A DNA stretch of 64,000 nt from Bacteroidales bacterium. Its GTDB lineage: Bacteria > Bacteroidota > Bacteroidia > Bacteroidales > B18-G4. Shown here in pieces: positions 57,258 to 64,000 of the stretch. How positions within the stretch are numbered: position 1 is the first letter of the stretch; every line of letters begins with the position of its first letter. A program made the position numbers and the translations under genes. The notes beneath the pieces were generated by a model that saw only the letters and a list, made by a program, of their open reading frames with translations, was not told the DNA's origin and did not search any database. The stretch is from positions 1,628 to 65,627 of the forward strand of contig JAGYLD010000004.1 of the NCBI GenBank assembly GCA_018401355.1. Direction: 5' to 3'.

Positions 57258-58210
57258 TCTTCTGTGAACAATGAATCAACGAATTCCACGCGATTGAATA
57301 CCTGCAGGTCCTGCATTTTCTCACCTATTCCAATATATTTCACAGGTATTTTAAACTGATCGGAAATCCCGATCACAACGCCACCTTTGGCGGTACCATC
57401 CAGTTTGGTTAGAGCCAGGGCATTGACCTCAGTTGCTGCCGTAAACTGCCTGGCCTGTTCAATTGCATTTTGACCTGTGGAAGCATCCAGGATCAGCAAG
57501 ATCTCCTGTGGAGCTTCCGGAATTATTTTTTGCATCACCCTGCGAATCTTTGACAGCTCATTCATCAGGTTAACTTTATTGTGCAACCTTCCAGCAGTGT
57601 CGATGATCACCACATCAGCTCCATCTGCCTTTGCTGAGGCAAGTGTATCGTAAGCTACTGAAGCAGGGTCGGTCCCCATAGCGTGTCTTACGATGGGAAC
57701 ACCCACCCTTTCCGACCAAATGGAAAGCTGGTCTACAGCTGCAGCCCTGAATGTGTCAGCAGCACCCAAAACGACCTTTTTCCCGGCTTTTTTAAATTGA
57801 TAAGCCAGCTTGCCTATGGTTGTGGTTTTACCAACACCATTGACACCTACAACCATAATGACATATGGTTTAGGCGATCCAGCAAGTGAAAAATCCTTAT
57901 AGTCTTCAGTATTGTTTTCCTGCAATAAGGAAACGATCTCTTCTTTTAATATCTGGTTCAATTCTTCTGTACCCAGGTATTTATCCCTGGCCACCCTGTC
58001 TTCAATGCGTTCGATGATTTTAATGGTTGTCTGCACACCTACATCTGAAGTAACCAGAACTTCTTCCAGGTTGTCAAGGACTTCCTCATCGACTTTGGAT
58101 TTACCGATGACAGCTTTGGATAGCTTGGAAAACACACTTCTCTTAGTTTTTTCCAAACCTTCATCCAGCTTGTCCTTTTTATCTTTCGAAAATATTGAAA
58201 ATACGCCCAT
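57254..58210 (-). CDS. ftsY: Signal recognition particle receptor FtsY
   Basis: Has GVNGVGKTTT, DTAGR and TKLDGTAKGG. It overlaps rimO by 4 nt. Confidence 0.95.
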   Translation of the reverse strand: MGVFSIFSKDKKDKLDEGLEKTKRSVFSKLSKAVIGKSKVDEEVLDNLEEVLVTSDVGVQTTIKIIERIEDRVARDKYLGTEELNQILKEEIVSLLQENNTEDYKDFSLAGSPKPYVIMVVGVNGVGKTTTIGKLAYQFKKAGKKVVLGAADTFRAAAVDQLSIWSERVGVPIVRHAMGTDPASVAYDTLASAKADGADVVIIDTAGRLHNKVNLMNELSKIRRVMQKIIPEAPQEILLILDASTGQNAIEQARQFTAATEVNALALTKLDGTAKGGVVIGISDQFKIPVKYIGIGEKMQDLQVFNRVEFVDSLFTEE

Positions 58211-58283
58211 ATTTATCTTATAAAAAAAGCTTCTTCCCCGACAGGAAAAAAGCTTTTAAATAATAATGAATTATTTTTTTGCT

Positions 58284-58436
58284 TTACTTTTTTGCCAAAA
58301 ATTCTTTTACCTTGTCACTGGGAACAATAAATTCCTTGAATATATATGCACCTGTTTTTGGTGACTTCACCATTCGAATTACTTTAGCAATATCTTTGCT
58401 TTGTGTTTGAAGTGTTGCAACAACTTTCTTTGCCAT
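58284..58436 (-). CDS. DUF4295-family small protein (50 aa), absent from the ORF track
   Basis: Translates to MAKKVVATLQTQSKDIAKVIRMVKSPKTGAYIFKEFIVPSDKVKEFLAKK. It sits directly downstream of rpmG, as in other Bacteroidota. Confidence 0.7.
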   Translation of the reverse strand: MAKKVVATLQTQSKDIAKVIRMVKSPKTGAYIFKEFIVPSDKVKEFLAKK

Positions 58437-58444
58437 ATCAAATA

Positions 58445-58633
58445 TTATTTAATTTCCTTGTGAACAGTCATCTTTTTCAAAATCGGATTGTACTTTTTCA
58501 ATTCGAGCCTGTCGGGTGTGTTTTTCTTGTTTTTTGTCGAGATATATCTTGAAGTACCCGGCTTACCCGAACCTTTATGCTCTGTACATTCCAGGATAAC
58601 CTGAACTCTTTGGTCTTTTGATTTCTTGGCCAT
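58445..58633 (-). CDS. rpmG: 50S ribosomal protein L33
   Basis: Has [20 protein letters not shown]...[21 protein letters not shown]. Confidence 0.95.
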   Translation of the reverse strand: MAKKSKDQRVQVILECTEHKGSGKPGTSRYISTKNKKNTPDRLELKKYNPILKKMTVHKEIK

Positions 58634-58654
58634 GATAAACGCCTCCTTTTAAAT

Positions 58655-58662
58655 TTTGGAGC
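58655..58662 (-). promoter_or_regulatory. -7 box TAATTTTG (minus strand) for the rpmG operon
   Basis: Plus-strand caaaatta, 22 nt upstream of the rpmG ATG. An AGGAGG lies between the box and the ATG. Confidence 0.4.
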
Positions 58663-58751
58663 GCAAAATTACATTTATTATATTAATTTTCCTAATTGTT
58701 TATTAAAAAAAACCGGACTAAAAAGCACTGCAAAACAAGATGCAAATTTAC

Positions 58752-58759
58752 TATTTTTG
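58752..58759 (+). promoter_or_regulatory. -7 box TATTTTTG, 4 nt before the xerD ATG
   Basis: Exact TAnnTTTG match. The spacing implies a leaderless mRNA. Confidence 0.4.
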
Positions 58760-58763
58760 ACAA

Positions 58764-59663
58764 ATGGGTTGGGAATCATACATACGCGGGTTTAAAGCAT
58801 ACCTGAAGCTGGAGAGGTCTCTTTCACCAAATTCTGTCCAGGCCTACATCAGTGATGTTAAGAAATTCGAAACATACATGGAAGAATCCAGTCTGGACCT
58901 TGCTCCGAAGGAAGTAAATAAGGAGCACATTTCTATTTTCCTTAAATGGATCAACGAGCGCAACATGAACGCCAGGTCACAAAACAGAATTATTTCCGGT
59001 TTGAAGGCATTTTTTAATTATCTGATGATCGAAAAGGTGATCGAAACCAATCCTCTGGAGTTAATTGATTCGCCAAAAATTGGAAGGACTTTACCAGACA
59101 CCCTTTCTTTGATCGAAATTGATAAGATCATTGATTGTATCGACCTAAGCAGGTTTGAGGGCCACAGGAACAAAGCAATTCTTGAAACGCTTTACGGATG
59201 TGGTTTAAGGGTTTCCGAACTAGTTAACCTCAAGCTTTCTGATCTTTTTTTGAAGGATGGTTACCTCAGGATTACGGGGAAAGGCAATAAAGAAAGGTTG
59301 GTTCCTATAGGTAGTAAAACCATATATTTTATTCAATTGTACCTGGATGGCACCAGAAAGGAATTGTCTATACAAAAAGGAGAAGAAGACTATGTTTTTT
59401 TAAATCGCAGGGGACACCGGCTTACCAGGGTAATGGTATTTCTCATTATCAAGGACCTGTCAAAGAAAGCCGGAATCCGGAAAAAGATTGGCCCGCACAC
59501 TTTTCGTCATTCTTTTGCAACACATCTTGTTGAAAGGGGTGCAAATCTTAGGGCTGTTCAGGAAATGCTGGGTCATGAATCCATCACCACCACGGAAATA
59601 TATACCCATGTCGATCGCAGTTACCTGAGGGATGCGATCATGAGATTTCATCCAAGATCCTGA
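58764..59663 (+). CDS. xerD: Site-specific tyrosine recombinase XerD
   Basis: SAM-like N-domain. Catalytic motifs GLRVSEL, HTFRHSFATHL, LGHESITTTEIYTHV. Confidence 0.9.
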   Translation: MGWESYIRGFKAYLKLERSLSPNSVQAYISDVKKFETYMEESSLDLAPKEVNKEHISIFLKWINERNMNARSQNRIISGLKAFFNYLMIEKVIETNPLELIDSPKIGRTLPDTLSLIEIDKIIDCIDLSRFEGHRNKAILETLYGCGLRVSELVNLKLSDLFLKDGYLRITGKGNKERLVPIGSKTIYFIQLYLDGTRKELSIQKGEEDYVFLNRRGHRLTRVMVFLIIKDLSKKAGIRKKIGPHTFRHSFATHLVERGANLRAVQEMLGHESITTTEIYTHVDRSYLRDAIMRFHPRS

Positions 59664-59669
59664 AATGGA

Positions 59670-60134
59670 TCAGGCAGGCATTTCTTCAATTTCCCCATGT
59701 TCGTTTACCAGCACTCCCCAGTTAACAGCAATGAGGTCACCTTCTTCAAAAAAGAAGTCGATCATGGCATCATCGAAGGATAATCTTTTTTCGCCTGATT
59801 CGTCGACCTCCTCTTCAGCAAGCTGGAACCCTTTACTGTACATTAGCCTTTTAACATCTTCTTCCCCCATATCAAATACCTTTTGACCGTATAACACAGA
59901 ATTGTGATTGTCGGTTTCAAAACATGCAATAACAGACTTCTCCGTCCCTTCAAAAAACACTGAAATCCCTTTGTCCCAATAATTCAGGATGGTAGTGTTG
60001 AAAAGATCGTCATCTTCAATGTTTTCAATTTCTTCCGGTTTACCAAGCGTATCAGTGACTCTTTCAGCTACTTCCCCAAAAGACAGTTCTCCAAAACCTT
60101 CCTTTGGTTTGATCTCTAATGTAAGTTCTTTCAT
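59670..60134 (-). CDS. Acidic hypothetical protein (154 aa)
   Basis: ORF with normal codon composition. I recognised no motif. Confidence 0.45.
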   Translation of the reverse strand: MKELTLEIKPKEGFGELSFGEVAERVTDTLGKPEEIENIEDDDLFNTTILNYWDKGISVFFEGTEKSVIACFETDNHNSVLYGQKVFDMGEEDVKRLMYSKGFQLAEEEVDESGEKRLSFDDAMIDFFFEEGDLIAVNWGVLVNEHGEIEEMPA

Positions 60135-60265
60135 TTTCTAAGTTAACAGATTTAGTTACACAGATATTACATATAAAATCTTGCAGTAAATATCACATTT
60201 TTTCCTGCAATAACAAGATTTTTTTTTTAAGCTTTTTAAAACTTATCAACAATCAATTAAATTCC

Positions 60266-61072
60266 TTAATTAAAAGGTGAATCAGGTTCCTTGGCCATAT
60301 GGTTATAAACCATTTTATCCATGAATTTTGGAAAAAACCGGTTCAGTACGACCGTCATCTTGCCCTGGAATGAAAGTATCAGGGAATTCTTCCGTCGCAT
60401 AATGGCTTTGGTAATATGTTTAGCTACCTCTTCGGCTGACATCATCTTGCCTTCATCCCTGGGTGATTCTCCCTGCTGTTCACCGCTTTCATTCAAAGCA
60501 GTGTTCCTTATGTTGGATGCTGTAAAACCCGGACAGGCTATTAAAACATGTAAGCCCTTTTTTAGGTTTTCAATCCTTAAAGTCTCCAGGAAACCATGCA
60601 TGGCAAATTTGGATGCAGAATAACCGGTTCTTCCTGGAAGACCCTTATATCCGGCAATCGAGGAAACTCCAACAACACTTCCCTTAGATTCCAGAAGATA
60701 CGGCATGGCATATTTTGTACAATATACTGTACCCCAAAAGTTTACATCCATCAACTTTTTGATTACAGACAATTCCGTTGTAGCAAACAATGCCCGCATA
60801 GACAAGCCGGCATTATTGATAAGCACATCTATTTGCCCATATCTTTCAACTGCAGAAAGAACAAGATTTTTACAATCATTCTCTATTGAAACATCTGTAG
60901 GAATAGTTATCACATCTATATTGTTTGTTTTGAGGTCCTCAGCAACCACATCAAGTTTATTCTTATTTCTTGCTCCAAGAACCAGCTTTGCTCCTCTTGA
61001 AGCCATTTCATAAGCAAGGGCTTTTCCAATACCTGAGGATGCACCGGTGATGATGACTATTTTGTTTTTCAT
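60266..61072 (-). CDS. Short-chain dehydrogenase/reductase
   Basis: Has TGASSGIGKA, NNAG and YSASK. Confidence 0.9.
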   Translation of the reverse strand: MKNKIVIITGASSGIGKALAYEMASRGAKLVLGARNKNKLDVVAEDLKTNNIDVITIPTDVSIENDCKNLVLSAVERYGQIDVLINNAGLSMRALFATTELSVIKKLMDVNFWGTVYCTKYAMPYLLESKGSVVGVSSIAGYKGLPGRTGYSASKFAMHGFLETLRIENLKKGLHVLIACPGFTASNIRNTALNESGEQQGESPRDEGKMMSAEEVAKHITKAIMRRKNSLILSFQGKMTVVLNRFFPKFMDKMVYNHMAKEPDSPFN

Positions 61073-61080
61073 TTATTTAT

Positions 61081-61120
61081 ATGGTTATATGGTTGTATGG
61101 TTATATGGTTGTATGGTATT
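61081..61120. repeat. Five tandem 8-bp units ATGGTT(A/G)T (two 16-bp units plus a degenerate copy), followed by GGGATTGGGGG
   Basis: Read directly. It fills most of the 61-bp spacer between the acyl-CoA reductase stop (61134) and the SDR start (61072). Confidence 0.8.
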
Positions 61121-61133
61121 GGGATTGGGGGAA

Positions 61134-62195
61134 TCATGGTTCTGTTAGGAGGAAATTCATGGTATCTATGTTGTCGGCATAATTCCAAAGTTCCGGGAAC
61201 TGACTTTTTCCATAGGGAATGCTTCCCTTATAAGAATCTTTCTCTTCCACAACACATTGCCATTGTTCTTTGTGGCTGTTCAGGAAAGAACGAACTTCCG
61301 CAGGATCATTGTAATATTTATAATGTATTGTTCCAACAGGTGATTGCAGTTGATCTGATTCTCTCATCATAAAAAATCCATTATCGAAAAATTTATCTCC
61401 ATTCAACAAATAAAGTGCTTTATGATACTGGTAATTGTTCATGTACTTGCTATGGTTTTTAATTGACTCCCAGGCGGCAAAGTTTGCCATAAACAAGCCA
61501 ATATCCAAGCCTTCCGGTATAAAAAGAAAGGAAACATTCCTGCATCCCAGCCCGAAATAACGGAAAATATCCTCGCCAAGCCCTTCAAAGCAAGAATTTT
61601 CTTTAGCCACAATCCCAATTCCATTTCTGTTTTTCCTGATAATATGAGGATACTTACCGAAATAATACTGAAAATACCTTGCCGTATTGTTGCTTCCTGT
61701 AGCAATTATCATATCGAAATCCCTTAACTTGTTTTCAACAAGGCTTATCCTTGAAGCATATTCAGGTTCAATTTCAATGAGGGACGACAAAACAGTTGTG
61801 GTGAGTCCGGCATCATCAGAAGATACTTTTGCAAGAAGGTTATTGCCACTTGCCAGCACGCACAGGGCATCGTGCAACCCGACAAGCGGGATATTGCCTG
61901 CCATGATCACCCCAACCCTTTTGGAATTATCGCTTTTATTAATTTCCTGGGTGTACTTTTCAAGCCAGGTCCTGATTTTTTCTTCAGAAAGTGCGTTTGC
62001 CCATGCTTTTATACTGAAAAGAATATTGTCTTCCGTAAACCAGCCATTACTTTTTTTGGCCTGCTTGATTGAATTTGTCATCTTACCGGACAAGGTTCTC
62101 AATGAGGTATTGATTTTCGAATGCAATTCTCCGGAAATGTCCATGAAGACCTTGCCCAGTTTTGTAAAAGCAGATGCGTGATTTTGAATATTCAT
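61134..62195 (-). CDS. LuxC-like acyl-CoA reductase family protein
   Basis: 353 aa. General resemblance and the common Bacteroidota position next to serC. Moderate confidence only. Confidence 0.55.
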   Translation of the reverse strand: MNIQNHASAFTKLGKVFMDISGELHSKINTSLRTLSGKMTNSIKQAKKSNGWFTEDNILFSIKAWANALSEEKIRTWLEKYTQEINKSDNSKRVGVIMAGNIPLVGLHDALCVLASGNNLLAKVSSDDAGLTTTVLSSLIEIEPEYASRISLVENKLRDFDMIIATGSNNTARYFQYYFGKYPHIIRKNRNGIGIVAKENSCFEGLGEDIFRYFGLGCRNVSFLFIPEGLDIGLFMANFAAWESIKNHSKYMNNYQYHKALYLLNGDKFFDNGFFMMRESDQLQSPVGTIHYKYYNDPAEVRSFLNSHKEQWQCVVEEKDSYKGSIPYGKSQFPELWNYADNIDTMNFLLTEP

Positions 62196-62276
62196 TATAA
62201 TTTTATTAATATCCGTTATTCCTTTTATAACATTTGCAGGAATTGATTTTTTCCTTAACTTACAGGGAAAATTCTT

Positions 62277-62284
62277 TATCTTTG
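62277..62284 (+). promoter_or_regulatory. -7 box TATCTTTG upstream of serC
   Basis: Exact TAnnTTTG match 62 nt before the ATG at 62347. Confidence 0.35.
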
Positions 62285-62346
62285 CTTCAATCTGTTTACC
62301 AGAAAATCAGAACCATAAAGGTAAAAACTTAAAACGAAGAGGTATT

Positions 62347-63417
62347 ATGAAAAAGCACAATTTTAATGCAGGACCATCAATCTTGCCGCCGTTTACTATC
62401 GAAAACACTGCCAAAGCTGTACTGGATTTAGAAGGAAGCGGACTCTCAATAATGGAGATTTCACACAGAAGCAAAGACTTCCAGGCCATCATGGATGAAA
62501 CTGTTGCGATGTTCAGGGAATTACTCAATATTCCAGAAGGATATTCTGTATTGTTCCTCGGAGGTGGGGCAAGCCTTCAGTTTGCCATGATACCCTATAA
62601 CCTTCTGTCAAAGAAGGCAGCCTACCTGAATACAGGATCATGGTCAAAGAAAGCCATCAAAGAAGCAAAATGGTTTGGAGAGGTTGATGTTGTTGCCTCC
62701 TCGGAGGACAAGAATTTTGCATATATTCCAAAAGATTATACCATCCCGGAAGATGCAGATTATTTCCATATTACAACAAACAACACCATTTACGGAACTG
62801 AAATCAAGCATGATATCGACTCCCCTGTACCCCTGGTTGCAGATATGTCGTCAGACATTTTCAGCAGACCCGTTGATATAAGCAAATATGTGATTATATA
62901 TGGTGGTGCCCAAAAGAACTTTGCACCTGCCGGTGTCACTTTTATCATCATCAAAGATGAGATTCTCGGTAAGGTTGACCGTCCTATCCCTACTATGCTC
63001 AACTACCAAACTCACATCGACAAGGGTTCTATGTTTAATACCCCTCCATGTTTACCCATTTTTGCAGGTTTACAAACGCTGAAATGGCTTAAAGACCTGG
63101 GTGGCATAGAGGAGATGCAAAAAATAAACCATCATAAAGCAGGTATTCTTTATGATGAAATTGACAGGAATAGCTTATTCAGGCCAACTGTTGCAGATAA
63201 AAATGACCGGTCCGTTATGAATGTATGTTTTATCATGGAAGAAGGCAAAGAAGATCTGGAAAAAACCTTCTTTGAATATGCAACTTCTAAGGGAATGGTG
63301 GGTATAAAAGGACATCGCTCTGTTGGAGGCTTCAGGGCTTCACTCTACAACGCCATGCCAACAGAAAGCGTCCAGGCACTCATTGATTGCATGCAGGAAT
63401 TCGAAAGAATACAATAA
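62347..63417 (+). CDS. serC: Phosphoserine aminotransferase
   Basis: Has [25 protein letters not shown] (PLP Lys) and [17 protein letters not shown]. Confidence 0.95.
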   Translation: MKKHNFNAGPSILPPFTIENTAKAVLDLEGSGLSIMEISHRSKDFQAIMDETVAMFRELLNIPEGYSVLFLGGGASLQFAMIPYNLLSKKAAYLNTGSWSKKAIKEAKWFGEVDVVASSEDKNFAYIPKDYTIPEDADYFHITTNNTIYGTEIKHDIDSPVPLVADMSSDIFSRPVDISKYVIIYGGAQKNFAPAGVTFIIIKDEILGKVDRPIPTMLNYQTHIDKGSMFNTPPCLPIFAGLQTLKWLKDLGGIEEMQKINHHKAGILYDEIDRNSLFRPTVADKNDRSVMNVCFIMEEGKEDLEKTFFEYATSKGMVGIKGHRSVGGFRASLYNAMPTESVQALIDCMQEFERIQ

Positions 63418-63488
63418 AAATTATGATCAAATAGTATCGTTATTCTTTACTATATACCTATTAAACAGACAATTAAAGATTAAAACAT

Positions 63489-64000
63489 ATGGCTAAAGTA
63501 TTAGTTGCTACAGTAAAACCTTTTGCTCCAAAAGCGGTTGAGGAAATAAAAAAGGTTTTTGATGAAGCAGGTTATGAAATGATCCTGCTTGAGAAATATG
63601 AAGATAAGAACGAATTGCTTAAAGCAGCAGCCAATGTGGATGCACTGATAATCAGAAGCGACAAAGTGGACAAAGAAGTCATTGACGCTGCCAGCAATTT
63701 AAAGATCGTTGTCAGGGCAGGTGCAGGATACGACAATGTAGACCTGGATGCTGCCACAGCAAAAGAGGTTGTTGTAATGAACACACCCGGACAAAATTCC
63801 AATGCAGTTGCAGAGCTTGCATTGGGGATGATGGTTTACCAGGCAAGGAGTCAATTTAATGGGAAGCCTGGCACAGAGTTAAAAGGAAAAACACTGGGTA
63901 TTCATGCCTACGGAAATGTAGGAAAACTTGTCGCCATTATTGCAAAAGGGTTTGGGATGGATGCCTATGCTTTTGATCCCTTTGTCGACAAAGCAGTCAT
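63489..64000 (+). CDS. serA: D-3-phosphoglycerate dehydrogenase / 2-hydroxyacid dehydrogenase (5' part, runs off the window)
   Basis: Translates to MAKVLVAT...VVRAGAGYDNVDLDAATAKEVVVMNTPGQNSNAVAELA...GIHAYGNVGK (NAD Rossmann motif). Not in the ORF track because it has no stop inside the window. Confidence 0.8.
   Translation, partial: MAKVLVATVKPFAPKAVEEIKKVFDEAGYEMILLEKYEDKNELLKAAANVDALIIRSDKVDKEVIDAASNLKIVVRAGAGYDNVDLDAATAKEVVVMNTPGQNSNAVAELALGMMVYQARSQFNGKPGTELKGKTLGIHAYGNVGKLVAIIAKGFGMDAYAFDPFVDKAV

Noticed and set aside
58764-59663. Tyrosine recombinase as the integrase of a mobile element
   Set aside because: It has the XerD-type sequence and length. There is no flanking tRNA, direct repeats, excisionase or cargo genes, and the neighbours are ribosomal or housekeeping genes.
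1-64000. Search for CRISPR arrays, tRNA/rRNA genes, IS elements, prophage or known defence-system hallmarks
   Set aside because: No spaced direct repeats, cloverleaf-like segments, transposase, integrase-with-cargo, reverse transcriptase, restriction-modification or Cas-like ORFs were seen. The intergenic gaps are mostly under 160 bp. The two larger ones are explained by divergent clpC/gyrA promoters and by the riboswitch plus the decayed gene start.

Overview
This 64-kb segment looks like a Bacteroidota chromosome. Supporting signs are T9SS C-terminal sorting domains, TAnnTTTG -7 promoter boxes, and the BamD-RpoZ-CoaBC-DUF4835-RecN and RimO-FtsY-DUF4295-L33 syntenies. TonB-receptor/lipoprotein pairing also fits. 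About 55 protein genes are tightly packed on both strands. I saw no rRNA, tRNA, CRISPR array, transposase or prophage gene. Most of the window is housekeeping: lon, dapA, coaBC, recN, fabI, two acyl-CoA dehydrogenases, clpC, gyrA, prx/oxyR, relA, floA/nfeD/clpS, pruA, rimO, ftsY, rpmG, xerD, serC, serA. Six loci deviate from ordinary. (1) At 29.2-36.5 kb there is a compact DNA-damage island. A cI-like HTH/S24 (LexA-like) repressor is followed by a DnaQ/GIY-YIG (Cho-like) fusion. These diverge from a catalytically intact Pol IV-like gene and DnaE2, with two TTGAT-N9-ATCA palindromes in the spacer, and an SRAP gene converges on dnaE2. (2) At 44.9-49.6 kb a cobalamin riboswitch (minus strand) heads an operon of a T9SS-sorted surface protein, a TonB-dependent receptor and a beta-propeller lipoprotein. 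The first 365 bp of the first gene are broken by at least 4 frameshifts and one stop. (3) bamD is interrupted by two opposite frameshifts about 80 nt apart. (4) There is a 724-736-aa long-form KamA-family radical SAM protein. (5) A Tat-signal DUF362 protein is paired with a secreted hypothetical protein. (6) An 8-bp tandem repeat sits between two reductase genes. I cannot point to an unambiguous new multi-gene system. The SOS island and the B12/T9SS operon are the best candidates for follow-up. All family calls come from motifs read by eye in the ORF translations, and no database search was run.
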